Shown: positions 1-13,937, numbered from the stretch's first letter. The stretch is 64,000 nucleotides of DNA from Octopus vulgaris (GCA_951406725.2 OX597834.1:14756001-14820000), one strand, 5' to 3'. Translations and numbers: made by a program. Notes: a model not told the origin generated them from the sequence alone.

Positions 1-9
1 CAGAGTCAT

Positions 10-431
10 ACTCTCTTTACTCTTTTACTCTTTTACTTGTTTCAGTCATTTGACTGCGGCCATGCTGGAGCACCGCATTTGATCGAGCAAATCGACCACG
101 GGATTTATTCTTTTGTAAGCCCAGTACTTACTCTATCGGTCTTTTTTGCCGAACCGCTAAGTAACGGGGACATAAAGACACCAGCATCGGTTGTCAAGCA
201 ATGCTAGGGGGACAAACACAGCTACACCAACACACACATGCATATATATATATATATATATATACATATATACGACGGGCTTCTTTTCAGTTTCCGTAAA
301 CCAAATCCACTCACAAGGCTCTGGTCGGCCCGAGGCTATAGTAGAAGACACTTGCCCAAGGTGCCACGCAGTGGGACTGAACCCGGAACCATGTGGTTGG
401 TAAACAAGCTACTTACCACACAGCCACTCCT
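10..431 (-). mobile_element. tRNA-derived SINE, family C, near full length
   Basis: Minus strand reads AGGAGTGGCTGTGTGGTAAG (A box), GGTTCAGTCCC (B box), an internal (TA)n/(TG)n and the tail CGGTGCTCCAGCATGGCCGCAGTCAAATGACTGAAACAAGT-(AAAAGAGT)n. Matches copies at 20301, 40277, 47748 and 63441. Confidence 0.9.
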
Positions 432-813
432 CAATATTACAAGCATGATATTACAAAATATCATGCTCGTAATATTTTTCAATTTGAAACAGCCGGTCTG
501 ACTTGAAGAAGATTAATCATCATGTATGCACCAACACCCAAGACAACGTCAGACATCTCTAAATTGATACGAAATTTTATCGTTATACATAACTAAGCAA
601 CTACTTTTACAGTAAGTTCAATAGGCATTTCATAAAAAAGCCTTCCAGTCATGAACATCGCGTTTATCTTAAATGAGATATACTTTTGACTTCTCTCCGA
701 GTATGATGAGTGTTGAGAACTTATTTAATAATCTGTACAGATAACCTTAACAAGTAATCTAGAGACTCCTGCGATACCTCCTCAAAATATTACTGATACT
801 TCTCTGAGGTTGT

Positions 814-1066
814 GGATGCGCGTAGCTTAGTGGTTAGGGTGTCAGCATCATGATCGCAAGATTGTGGTTTTGATTCCTGGACCGGGCGACGCATTGTGTT
901 CTTGAGCAAAACACTTCATTTCACGTTGCTCCAGTCCACTCAGCTGGCAAAAATGAGTTACGCTGCGATGGACTGGCGTCCCGTCCAGCTGGGGAGCACA
1001 TGCGCTATAGAAACCGGGAAACCGGGCCTATGAGCCTGACTAGGCTTTAAAAGGGCGCATTTATTT
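814..1066 (+). mobile_element. tRNA-derived SINE, family B
   Basis: A box TAGCTTAGTGG, B-box-like GGTTTTGATTCC, body TTGAGCAAAACACTTCATTTCACGTTGCTCCAGTCC, GCGATGGACTGGCGTCCCGTCCAG segment and ATTT tail. Confidence 0.85.
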
Positions 1067-1069
1067 AGT

Positions 1070-1220
1070 GGAGGTGCGTGACTTAGTGGTTAGGGAGTCA
1101 CTATCATGATCGCAAGATTGTGTTTTCGATTCCTGGGCCAGCTGGAGAACACATACGCCTTTGAAACCGGGAAACCGGGTCCATGAGCCTGGCTAGGCTT
1201 TAAAAGGACGCATTTATTTT
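1070..1220 (+). mobile_element. Family B SINE, internally deleted tandem copy
   Basis: Same head and tail as 814-1066, joined at CCTGGGCC/AGCTGG with about 100 bp of body missing. Confidence 0.8.
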
Positions 1221-1774
1221 ATTGTCTGACGTTAGCCATATCTGTGTTCCATATTAAAAAATATATATATATTAATATCTTTTCGTAGCGCTATCAATCA
1301 GATTTCATAAAATATACGTAGATAACATTAAGCCGCACAGCAGATAACTAATTAATTAAAACTCTTTCATGTATCTGTAGCTCTGATTTACGTCTTTCGT
1401 AATGGGCTTATTTCATAATATAGTTGCTTAGAGATCTACTGTATTTCAATTAACTTTATCGCCCTCGTACCAAATTAAAATAGATGTGATTGAATTAAAT
1501 CGACTATGTAGCAATTAACGTTATAAATTTACAGAATATATGTGAATTATTTACAGTATAATGTATATACATACAGTAAAACAACTCGCAAACACACACA
1601 CATATAAACACACACGTGTGTGTGTGTGTGTGAGAGAGTGTGTGTATGAACGCAGAAATTCCTACATTTATATATATTCAGATTTACTAATTATGTATAT
1701 GTGTGTATTCTTATGTCTCTGTCAAGCTCTCTTTTTCTGTATCTCTGTATACATATACAAATATGTACACACAC

Positions 1775-1778
<4 letters not shown>

Positions 1779-1807
<29 letters not shown>

Positions 1808-1845
1808 TGTATGTATGTATGTATGTATGTATGTATGTATGTATG

Positions 1846-1873
<28 letters not shown>
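1779..1873. repeat. (TATG)n microsatellite
   Basis: Perfect tetranucleotide run. Confidence 0.95.
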
Positions 1874-1876
<3 letters not shown>

Positions 1877-2238
1877 GAATGTGCATGCACATATATACAT
1901 ATACATATATGTGCCGTTCGGAGTGAGCGAGATGAAACCTTTAGATTCATCGACTGACAGATAAAGTTTCAGACAGTAGAAATGACTAATATAAAGACAT
2001 AAAGAAACATAGATAGATACATACACGTGCACACAAACACACACACACACACACACACACATGAGCACACACAGACACATAAGCCCATACATACATACAT
2101 AGTACGTACAAACATAGTACGTATTCCATGTTTTCGTATTTTATTTTTTCATGTTGTTTACGTTCCGTGGTGCCCTGTGCTCATATATACATGTGTATAT
2201 ACACATGTATATATATACATATATTTATGTATGTATAC

Positions 2239-2286
<48 letters not shown>

Positions 2287-2537
2287 GCATATATATCATT
2301 TATATCATTATTATTACTATTGAATATTTATATGTGAAAGTGTTTCAAAAATGAATTTATGTTGTGAACACACAAACACACACATTCACACGCAAGTACA
2401 CACACTGTCACACAGACATGCACGGAATCAATTCCACATTTTTATTGTTAAACACGAATTCCCATCAAATATCTTGCAAACCAAAAGCAAATAAAATTAT
2501 AGATAGATAGATAGATAAATATATATATATATATATA

Positions 2538-2689
<152 letters not shown>

Positions 2690-2749
2690 GTAGATAAAGA
2701 GATATTCTATTACGTTCCATAGTCAAAATCGTTTCGTCTTCAACACAGG

Positions 2750-3300
2750 AGACACAACCTATGTTTCATAAACTTAGGGTTTCCGATTTCGTATAATAAA
2801 TCTTTCCATATTAATCGCTGCTTCAAATCTATTACGCGAATAAATTTCTAAATATTTTGGTGGGGACGAAAGTGCACAATAACATGAAGCATAAAATCTC
2901 TGTCTTACCATGCATAATTTAATGCACTCATAAATAATACAATCGTCTTCGTTATCAGGTCACTATGTCTATAGATGTTGGCAATCAAGCTCCTTTCTGC
3001 GCCATTCCTCTAATCACGATTTAACCCACTAACAATCCAAATGGGTTAATAGAGAGATAGTTGTATGTATCTCTACTCATGTATCACAATAGAAATATCA
3101 AGTTTCTGTATGCATAACTATAAAAACAGAGCGATATCTACAACCAGAGAATATGACCAGAAATTTAATATCATCTCGACGACAATACTCTAATGGAGTC
3201 AGCCACAAGTTAAAACCCAACGTTAACGGTTCTGACATCGAAATTATTGCAGCCAAGGTGATTTGGTCGACGAAAGAAACCAAATTAGACAAAACTAAAA
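2750..3300 (-). mobile_element. Possible highly degraded CR1/L2-type LINE RT relic
   Basis: Minus-strand peptides SNLVSFVDQIT and DDIKF resemble CR1-type RT motifs; ERDKLQRVHHSAT near 4330-4370 resembles the LERVQRRAT motif. Many stops; weak. Confidence 0.3.
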
Positions 3301-3737
3301 GACAAGTTATGTTTTAGGCTATCATTGTTTTCAGGTCCGTTTTTATTTTATGATGTTAGATATTAACTTACGTTTTATCTAAGAATTAATTTCGTTCCAC
3401 AGAAATCAATAAAAATGTTTTATGGAAAGATTTACAATGATAGATATATGGTCAATAAGTCAAATGGCAGTTTCTCTTGATAATCTGCATTTGCAGTTTT
3501 GTGGACAGGTAGTTTCAAAGTAGACAGTTGGAGTTTTATTTTGTTATTTGTTTCTTTCTTAATTTTTTTTTTTTTCGTTTTTCTCTTATTTTTCTTTTCA
3601 ACGAGGCCACATCAACTTTCATATGGCAATTTTATACAGTGAAATAAAATAACTGTCAGCATTGCTCACACACATTCAGACACACACACACATACATGTA
3701 AGTGTTTATAGCATACGTATTTATGCACGTATATATG

Positions 3738-3788
<51 letters not shown>

Positions 3789-3832
3789 AAATATAGGTGT
3801 GTGCGTGTGTATACGTATATTTATATTTACAC

Positions 3833-3887
<55 letters not shown>

Positions 3888-3937
3888 AATATAAATATGC
3901 ATATACATATGTGTATGTATATTATATTTAAATATAA

Positions 3938-3979
<42 letters not shown>

Positions 3980-4065
3980 GCAGATTTAGGAAGACACGGA
4001 TACATTCTTAACCTTTTAATCTATATGATAGATGAATCAAAATCTAAACACGTATGCATAACTCA

Positions 4066-4108
<43 letters not shown>

Positions 4109-4119
4109 CATGCACACGC

Positions 4120-4166
<47 letters not shown>

Positions 4167-4187
4167 CACACACCTCTATATATATGC

Positions 4188-4219
<32 letters not shown>

Positions 4220-4660
4220 ATATATATATTTATATTTACACTGTTAATGTTAGTCTAGACGGAATTTGATCAGATATCGATCGTGCAACGGGCATTAGAC
4301 AACCGGACATAATGTATTCATTGAAACATGTTGCAGAATGATGGACGCGTTGAAGTTTGTCTCTTTCAACCTCAAAGGTTAGGCCATAAAATGCTCAAGA
4401 ACCTTTGTCCTCTTTCCTATCGTCTCTACTAAACAGATTCACAGTTTCGTAACAAGGTGTTCGTATATTATTGATCCGTGTTGACAAGGTACGTTTTGGT
4501 AGGACAAGGAACGCGAATGAAAAAGCTGAGAATTGCATTTCACTTAACCTTACGTTAATGGTGGTTGTGGCTTTGATATTGCGACTTGTCTATAGTGTTT
4601 AGATTAACTCCCTGCTAAGAAATATACTGAAGTGTATGTTTTTGGCAATATACACATGTA

Positions 4661-4893
4661 AAGGTGGTGAGCTTGCTTGTAGAAACGTTAAACACGCAGG
4701 GCGAAATGCTTAGCGGTATTTCGTCTGCCGTTACGTTCTCAGTTCAAATTCAGCCGAGGTCGACATTGCCTTTTGTCCGTTCGGGGTCGATAAATTAAGT
4801 ACCAGTTATGCACTTGGGTCAATGTAATCGACTTAAACCGTTTGTCTGTCCTTGTTTGTCCTCTCTGGATGTAGCCCCTTGTAGGTAGTAAAG
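4661..4893 (+). mobile_element. SINE family D, full length
   Basis: AAGGTGGTGAGC head, GAGTTCAAATTC-like B box, GGGGTCGATAAATTAAGTACCAG body and TTTGTCC..AGCCCCTTGTAGGTAGTAAAG tail. Confidence 0.88.
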
Positions 4894-4982
4894 CACGTGT
4901 TAACATGAATAGAGATCGCAACCTATCGTTTCGAAGTCTGTGCTGCAACTGATTCGTTTCGCACCGAAATCATAACAGCCAC

Positions 4983-5060
<78 letters not shown>

Positions 5061-5065
<5 letters not shown>

Positions 5066-5224
5066 TCTTTCTGTGTTTCTTTTCTGTGTATCTTTCTGTT
5101 GAAGAGCGTAGGCTCGAAACGTAAAAGACTTGTTTTATTTATATTCCTGAGAGCCATACTAATACAATTGTTTGTTTATATTCCACCTGCCTTCGTCTTT
5201 TGTTTATTTTCATAAAGCTTCCCG

Positions 5225-5226
<2 letters not shown>
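5061..5226 (+). mobile_element. Penelope-type (pLTR-like) repeat arm with minimal hammerhead-like motif
   Basis: TCTTT-CTGTTGA-A-GAGC-GTAG-GCTC-GAAAC-GTA-AAAGA at 5091-5128. Inverted copy at 5633-5842 and diverged copy at 40056-40235. Confidence 0.65.
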
Positions 5227-5303
<77 letters not shown>

Positions 5304-5307
<4 letters not shown>

Positions 5308-5602
5308 CAATGGCCCAGTGGTTAGGGCAGCGGACACGCGGTTGTAGGATTAGGGTGTCGATTACCAGACCAGATATTGTGAGTGTTTATTGAGCGAAAA
5401 CACCTAAAGCTCCACGAGGCTCCGGCAGGGGGTGGTGGCGATCCTTGCTGTACTCTTTCGCCACAACTTTCTCTCATTCTTTCTTCTGTTGGCCTGCTCG
5501 CTTAGCCAGCGGGGTGGCGTCATTTGACGGCCAAGACAATGCGAAGCGCATTGTGACCAGCGACGTGTAGCAACATCTGATAGCTTGGTCGGTCACGGTG
5601 AT
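5304..5602 (+). mobile_element. tRNA-derived SINE, family A
   Basis: GGCGCAATGGCCCAGTGGTTAGGGCAGCGGAC head and TTTATTGAGCGAAAACACC body; inserted between (AG)n and (AT)n. Confidence 0.9.
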
Positions 5603-5632
<30 letters not shown>

Positions 5633-5633
<1 letters not shown>

Positions 5634-5842
5634 ACGGGAAGCTTTATGAAAATAGACAAAAGACGAAGGCAGGTGGAATACAAACAAACAATTGTATTAG
5701 TATGGCGCTCAGGAATATAAATAAAACAAGTCTTTTACGTTTCGAGCCTACGCTCTTCAACAGAAAGATACACAGAAAAGAAACAAGGAGAGAAACAAGG
5801 AGAGAAAAAATGCGTGCAGAGGCTAGCGAATCAACATGGCGA
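5633..5842 (-). mobile_element. Inverted copy of the Penelope-type arm at 5061-5226
   Basis: Near-perfect reverse complement over about 155 bp; hammerhead-like core at 5737-5763. Confidence 0.65.
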
Positions 5843-6004
5843 TATATATATATATATCATGTTGTCTACTAGAGAGTCAGATGCTGTTATATACCGCTGT
5901 TCACAATGTGCTTTGCATCCTTTCAGCTTCCAAATGATGCAGCCTCGCAGGATAGGCGAGATCAGAAACAGTGTTCGTCCTCTTCGGAAGACTACTTTGT
6001 TGCA

Positions 6005-6130
6005 CCGTTATTCATTTTCAACTAAGTGAACTGGAGGCACAACAAATGAAGTGTTTTGTGGAAGAAAACAGCGCGCCAAAACTCACGATATTGACTGCAA
6101 CAACCCAAGTCAATAGGCCACTCGGCTTCA
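6005..6130 (-). mobile_element. Degenerate family B SINE
   Basis: TATTCATTTT..AGTGAACTGGAG..AAATGAAGTGTTTTG is the reverse complement of the family B body. Confidence 0.55.
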
Positions 6131-6535
6131 CTTATCTATATACATAAATGGCATTTCTGCCTGTTGGTGGCTGTGTGTGTGTATGTGTGAATTCGTGAAT
6201 TTGTCACTTAAATTCCCCCGAGACTATAAAACTTGACACGTCGGGTGGGGGGCTTGGGCCCATACGGGCATTTATGCACTTGGAATTTTTTTTTTTTTAA
6301 ATCGATAATTTTTAATCAGAATCGATTTTTCAAAAATCAATAGGCCATTTCAATGCAAATTCTGATATGAATGATATCTTCTGCCTTAACTTTTAAAGTT
6401 TTCAACTGACTTTCTCGAAATATCTTAAGCAGAAGGAATACGCGCTAAGGATGGGTTGAGAGAAATAAATTTTTACCTAGGTCACTCAAGCAAAACGTAT
6501 GATTTTTCATTAACTGATTAACGACATTTGGCCTA

Positions 6536-6599
<64 letters not shown>

Positions 6600-6769
6600 T
6601 GTATGTATATATATATATGTATGTCTGTATGTATGTATATATATATAGATGCATGTGTATATATAGATGTATTCATATATACGTATATATATGAATATAT
6701 ATATATATATTTATATATATGGATGTATATATATATATATAGATGTATGTGTATATATATGTATATATG

Positions 6770-6800
<31 letters not shown>

Positions 6801-6878
6801 GTGTGCGTGTGTGTGTGTGCGTGTGTGTGTGCGTGTATGTGCGTGTGTGTGTATACGTATATATAGGTGTATATATAT

Positions 6879-7301
6879 GGATACGCAATGGCCCATTGGT
6901 TAGGGCAGCAGACTCGCGGTCATAGGATCGCGGTTTCGATTCCCAGACCGGGCGTTGTTAGTGTTTATTGAGCGAAAACACCTAGAGCTCTACGGGTCTC
7001 CGGCAGGGAATGGTGACGAGCCTGCTGTACTCTTTCACCGCACTGTGGTCGATATAATCGAGTTAATCCGTTTGTATGTCTTTGTTTGTCCTCTCTGTAT
7101 TTAGCCCCTTGCGGGTAGTAAAGAAATTGGTATTTCATCTTACGTTACGTTCTCAGTTCAAATTCCGTCGATGTCGACTTTGCCTTTTTATCCTTTCGGT
7201 GTCAATTAATTAAGTACCACATGCATACTGGTGTCGATCTAATCGACTGGTCCACTTCCCTTCGGGAAAATTTCGGGATTGTGCCTAGAGTAGAAATGAA
7301 T
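6879..7301 (+). mobile_element. Composite SINE: family A head + family D tail + second headless family D unit
   Basis: A head to about 7045, D tail to AAAGAAAT (7127), then GGTATTTC.. D body from 7129 ending in the alternative tail GTGCCTAGAGTAGAA. Confidence 0.8.
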
Positions 7302-7654
7302 AATAGTAACTCGCTTAGAAAACACTATGCGTAGAAACGAAATTATTTCAGTGACTTCACTCAGCAAAGAAACGACTATAGCAGAACCACGAATCACTAT
7401 AGATGAAAGATATGCCAGATATATTATTAGTCAGGAATACGTTATGTTTGAGATTGCGTGTGTGTGTGTTAATAGTGACGAGTGCGGAGATATTCACAGT
7501 GGCACATACTCATTGATACACACAAATTAGCACACACACGCTTCTCATAAATGGTATCTTTCTTTTAAATTCTAAACAAACATATATATATAGGCAATAA
7601 TATCTGATCGAAGTATAAATATATATATATATAAATTTGTGTACGCTTCTTATT

Positions 7655-7708
<54 letters not shown>

Positions 7709-7723
7709 TATACATATATATAC

Positions 7724-7775
<52 letters not shown>

Positions 7776-7815
7776 ACATGTATATGTACACATACACATA
7801 TATGTATATATATTC

Positions 7816-7864
<49 letters not shown>

Positions 7865-8332
7865 AATATATATATATATATGTATATATATACGTATATA
7901 TATACATATATACTATGTTGCTGCAATAATGTGTTGAACCCCTGAGAACTATATTAAACAACAACAGAGAGAGAGAAATCTAATAACAATCAAATAAATC
8001 GCCTTTATTAGCCGGAATTAATGTTTAGCAATAATTAACTTTACAAAAGTTATCCAATATTAGTGCTATATCTTTTATTGATAATATCATAAAATATATT
8101 GGCTAATTCCGACATTCTCTTTGCTTCCTCTAGCTTCAAAAACACTTGTAACATTTATACTTTTAATTATATGTATTCGAATTATGCTTCATCCGTATAG
8201 AAATACACTGTATCCATAAATTCTTTAAACTGAACCGTCTTTTGCAAAGCACCGGTTTGGAGAAGTTTCATCCATAAACTTTCGAACATTAAACTCCAGT
8301 TGGGGCTGCCTGCTATCTTGTTGGAAAGTATC

Positions 8333-8765
8333 GTATCTTTTCGGTTTGAGCGGCGGTTTTTAACATAATCTCTAGGTAACTTAAAGATTTTAAACTTCGT
8401 ATACTGGTAGAATGTGTTTATAAAGCATCTTTTTCTCTTGGCCTTATTGAGAAAACTCTATAGTTTGTAAGATATTTGGGGTTTTTTCTTCAATTTCTGC
8501 AATTTCAACCAATCACTGACGTGTATTGAGGTGAAAAACATTCTGTGCCGTATGAATATATCCCTCGTTTAAGGAACAGATTGGGTTTATTTATATTGGT
8601 AAAGAAAAGATACCCTTCCCTCACCCCAAGCCCTAACCCTAACCCTAACTAACCCTAACCCTAAAAGAGATTGAAATGCAATAGATCGATACTAGGGTCA
8701 CAATAATGGGTGACAATTTCATACGGCACCGCTAGAAAAAAACTGCCGTTAAGTCGAAATGATCC
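8333..8765. mobile_element. Non-autonomous DNA transposon (MITE) with ~28-bp imperfect TIRs, 8-bp TSD and internal (CCCTAA)n
   Basis: TSD AAAGTATC at 8325-8332 and 8766-8773. Left TIR GTATCTTTTCGGTTTGAGCGGCGGTTTTT versus right reverse complement GGATCATTTCGACTTAACGGCAGTTTTT. Confidence 0.85.
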
Positions 8766-9046
8766 AAAGTATCTGTTAGTTGCCAGTTGTTCAAATGAAG
8801 TACAACAGTGTTTTTTTTTTTAGATTCTTCAAATTTGAAAAGAAATATATAAACACCCTGAATTCTGGTTCAAATTCTGGTGCAAGGCCAGAAAGTTCGG
8901 AAGTGGGTAATATTCGATTACATCAATCTCAGTTCTTAAGTGATTCTTCGTTTATCGACCTCGAAGTATGTAAGGGAAAATTAAAACAAGATCGTAAAGA
9001 CAAACGTAATGGCTGTAAAGATCTTGCCTCCTTATATATACATACT

Positions 9047-9144
<98 letters not shown>

Positions 9145-9416
9145 CAAGAAAAAAGCAACAAAAACGGATCAATATTTCGGTACAATTGTTTCGTACGGAG
9201 ACAAGCTTTATTAAGGCTGCAAATATTGCAGTAAATATAAGTGACCCGCACTCACCAGCCGAAAAAGCATCTGAGTTCTCCAAACATCTAAGGGGGTGAG
9301 GTTTCACTCCTGAAACATCAGGGATAGTGCTATAAAAATCAGATTTAGATAACAAACGGACTTCCAAAGTTCTTTAATGTTGCACAGTCATAAAACTACT
9401 ATATATATATATATAT

Positions 9417-9523
<107 letters not shown>

Positions 9524-10002
9524 CATAGATAGATATGTATGTATGTTTCTTTGTGTAAATGTAAAATCAGTTAAAACCGTGCACGTATACAATTTTTCTA
9601 CACTGCATACTAATCTTGATTTGCAAAGCATGGAAGAAGGAATATTTGGAAAAAGTGATATCGAATTTAATCCTACAATAGTTGTATTGCTATTAGAAAT
9701 GGTGTAGGTTTTTTTTTCTATGTGTAGATATAAAGGTTATACATGTCAGTAAAAATAGACTACCACAGACAGTCCACTTTATTGTTAATAACGCATACCT
9801 TACAATTTCTGGGAAAGATTTGAGATAAATGAAGAAGATTCCGATGGGTGGTAATACTAGCCCTATATTAGCGAATTTGTATTTATATTCAGGTGGGTTC
9901 ATTTTCCTAAAGAAGGGAAAAGATAGATTCGTTCAAATAGCTCAGTGTATGCCGCAGATATAATGATTATATTTTTATCCTTAACTATGGGTTATATTTT
10001 CT

Positions 10003-10070
<68 letters not shown>

Positions 10071-10363
10071 CTAGCAGTATCGCCCGGCGTTGCACGGGTT
10101 TGTAAGGGAAATAACTATATAGGCATTTTTAGAGTTACTTCCCTTATATAACCCGAGCAAAATTCATTGAAACTGCGGAAAAATGATGGTAAATTTTTTT
10201 TTAATCGTAGACGCGCGCTAATACCCAGAAGAGCTCGATATGAATGACGACTATAAGATACCCGCTTTTGATTAAACTGCATCGCCAAACGTGGGATTAG
10301 TTAGTTATCTAAATCGGAGGAGACAGAGTCTCACACACACAACTTCAATTTTATATATAAAGA
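10071..10363 (-). mobile_element. Short non-autonomous Helitron
   Basis: Minus strand starts A|TCTTTATATATAAAA and ends with the hairpin CCCGTGCAACGCCGGG followed by CTAG|T; inserted between A and T with no TSD. Confidence 0.85.
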
Positions 10364-11810
10364 TATGGTGGATCTCGAAGAATTGGTGACAGTGTAAAAG
10401 AGAGGTTAATTATTATATTTGGATGTGAGAATGGTTAGTGTAGATACTAAGATCCTGACGAGTATTTATAATAAGGCTGGTAGTTTTAATTTCTATATTG
10501 CATTGTTACCTTAGTTGAATAGTAGAATTCCTCTTTGAACGGTTTATAAAGGGATTTTGCAGTCAAGTCATTAGGGCTGGTAGAATTATGAATAAAGTTG
10601 GAATGTGTTGGGATAGGGATTATATGTTAAAAACGCACAGAAAAACAAGCTAGCAGTAGTAAAAGATTGGTTAAATGTTTCAATGGTTGCTAAGATAACC
10701 ATGGAAGTATGGAATGATCTGGAGTTTAGAGTTGAGACTGGAATTGTAAAGAGTGTTAGATTATCATCTAAGTAAGCTTTAGTCACACATTAGAAGTTTG
10801 GGCTTTTGATGGTGATTCAATGTCGAGTACAATGTCACTTTAGTTAAGAAGTTGTCTTTTACTATAGAGTATAATGTCACTACTATCGGGTAGTTGGGAT
10901 GGACCTGTCAGTTGACAGATATCGGTCTTAAGGCTTTGGGAGTCGCGAGGTTCAGTCTTGAGCATGGCTTCCGTTATTTTCTCTGCTGCACGTGGAGTTT
11001 TGTTATACGTAGAATAATTTCGTTTGAATATTTTTGCATTAGTAGTGTTTAAAGTTCAAATTTTATAAGCGTTGGTGTTGACTTAAACTACATATACATT
11101 TATAAATTTGTTTATTCTATAATTAACGGTAATTTGTGTTGTTCGCAAGTAAGTACAACGTTGGCTGTTTAATTAATATTATATTATTTACTGTCTTTGT
11201 TGTTAGGACGTGTTATTAATTATTTATTTTAATTACAGACGTATACATGTGTGTATATATATATATATATCTATAGCTTTTAATTTAAATCTTATTTGCT
11301 TCTTATTTTATTGTCTCTGTTAATAAGCAATTTATTTGGTTAATATATTTAAGAGTATTGAATATATTTCATAGATATTTGTCTAAGCTTGTCATTTTCC
11401 TTGTACATTGTTCGAGGACGTTGTTTATGAGATATACTGTTCAATATTTTTTTTTTACTAGGCTTGTTACTTTTTGGTGTGATGTCATGTTTGTCATTTG
11501 ATGTAGATTTAGAAATACAGTATTTAGTAGACTATGTTCGGTGTATTGTTTAAGTTATTACCATTCGTCTATTTTGATGTTGATATTTGTAGTAATAAGT
11601 TTGTGGATTCCTACGATCATAACACTGTTAACAACTCCGGATTGAATGACACTGTTCAGGTGTCGAAAGTGTAATGATATCCATTTGGCAACTGATGATC
11701 GGTGTACGCATTTTGTGAATCCTTTATATTTTTGTTCTTTTATTCCAAGATGTCTTTCATTTTGGTAAAGCGGGAAAAGTTTGTGGATTCATATTTTGTG
11801 TGGCTCACTT

Positions 11811-12650
11811 ACATTGATAAACGTGTGCCAGAAAAGCCCCTTTATGGCAAATACTGGGCTAAACTAAACGCAAAAGAAATACGCAGAGAAAAATCCCAGC
11901 ATTGTTTGAGAAGCTCAGGACTCAAACCATAGACTGAAGGATTTTTAACTACGGTACAAGACCAAAACCTCCCCACCAGAAATTACCAAAAACATATAAT
12001 AAAAAGAAACATAAAAAGTAACTGCAGAATATGTGGAGCTTGACAAGAAACAATAAATTATATTATCTCTGGCTGCCCAGTCCTGGCTAAGAAGGAATAT
12101 ATTCACAGATACAGCAGATTTGGGACCTACATACGCTGGAGGCTATTCCAACACTGGAACAACAACAGAAAAACGAAGGTATAATGGTCACAGAAAACGA
12201 GGAAGCAACCATACGATGGGATATGCCAATACACACAAATATAGAAATTAAGGCCAACGGACCAGATATAGTTGTCAAGATCGTGAAGAACAAATGCTTT
12301 CTAATTGAGGTATCAATACCAGCAGATGAGAACGTTTCTCTAAAAGAAATGGAGAAACTTTGAAAATACAAAGACCTGCAAATAGAGGTAACTCGAATGT
12401 GGAATCTAAAAACAGAAACAATTCCTATCATAGTGGGCGCATTAGGTATGATTTTTAAAAATCAGACAAATACATAATAAAAACACCATGACTTAGAAAT
12501 ATATACAACATATAGAAAGTTGCACAGCACACTTCCCACGCAAAACACTTTGAATACAGTAACCATAAGAGCATCACAGGAATCCACAACACATACATAA
12601 GGCACAGAGCTGGGCTCGGTAGGAAGTGAAGGCACGTTATAAAGCTACTG
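11811..12650 (+). mobile_element. R4/Dong-clade non-LTR retrotransposon, 5'-truncated and degenerate (CCHC + restriction-like endonuclease)
   Basis: Translates with stops/frameshifts to EKPLYGKY..TEGFLTTVQDQ..CRICGA*QETINYIISGCPVLAKKEYIHR..WDMPIHT..PDIVV..CFLIEVSIP..KYKDL..PIIVGALG; followed by (TAA)n. Confidence 0.9.
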
Positions 12651-12657
12651 AATAATA

Positions 12658-12690
<33 letters not shown>

Positions 12691-12707
12691 CTAATAATAA
12701 CAATAAC

Positions 12708-12791
<84 letters not shown>
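12651..12791. repeat. (TAA)n microsatellite between two R4/Dong fragments
   Basis: Direct observation. Confidence 0.95.
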
Positions 12792-13231
<440 letters not shown>

Positions 13232-13372
13232 AGTTCTGAAATCTAAGGAGCAGAGAAGTAGTCGATTACATCGATTTCAATTCAATGGTATTTAATTTAT
13301 CGACCCCGAAAGAATGAAAGGCAAGGTCGACCTCCATGGAAATTTATAATAATAATAATAATAATAATAATG

Positions 13373-13423
<51 letters not shown>

Positions 13424-13445
13424 TGATGATGATGATGATGATGAT

Positions 13446-13480
<35 letters not shown>

Positions 13481-13485
13481 TAATA

Positions 13486-13555
<70 letters not shown>

Positions 13556-13572
13556 TTAATAATAATAACAAC

Positions 13573-13607
<35 letters not shown>

Positions 13608-13608
<1 letters not shown>

Positions 13609-13904
13609 GTTTCAAAATTTTGCCATGAGGGTAGCTGTTTTGGGAGTAGATGTGTTAGTTCCATTGACACCAGTGTTTCACCGGTACTTAATTTATCGAC
13701 CCCGAGAAGATGAAACTCAAAGTAGACCTCAGTGGAATTTGAACTGGGAACGTAGCGACGGGCGACATACCGCTAAGCATCCTGCCCAGCGTGCTAACAA
13801 TTCTGCCAGCTCGCCGGCTTAACAACAACAAGAACAAGAACAGCAATAATAATAATAATATTAATAATAAAAATAATATTGAAAATAATATTAATAATAA
13901 TAAC

Positions 13905-13937
<33 letters not shown>

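Noticed and set aside
8632-8664. Telomere or chromosome-fusion relic
   Set aside because: Only about five units, and they lie inside a TSD-bounded MITE.
10365-10990. YLDD-containing minus-strand peptide suggesting RT
   Set aside because: No surrounding RT motifs; may be a degraded TE but cannot be classified.
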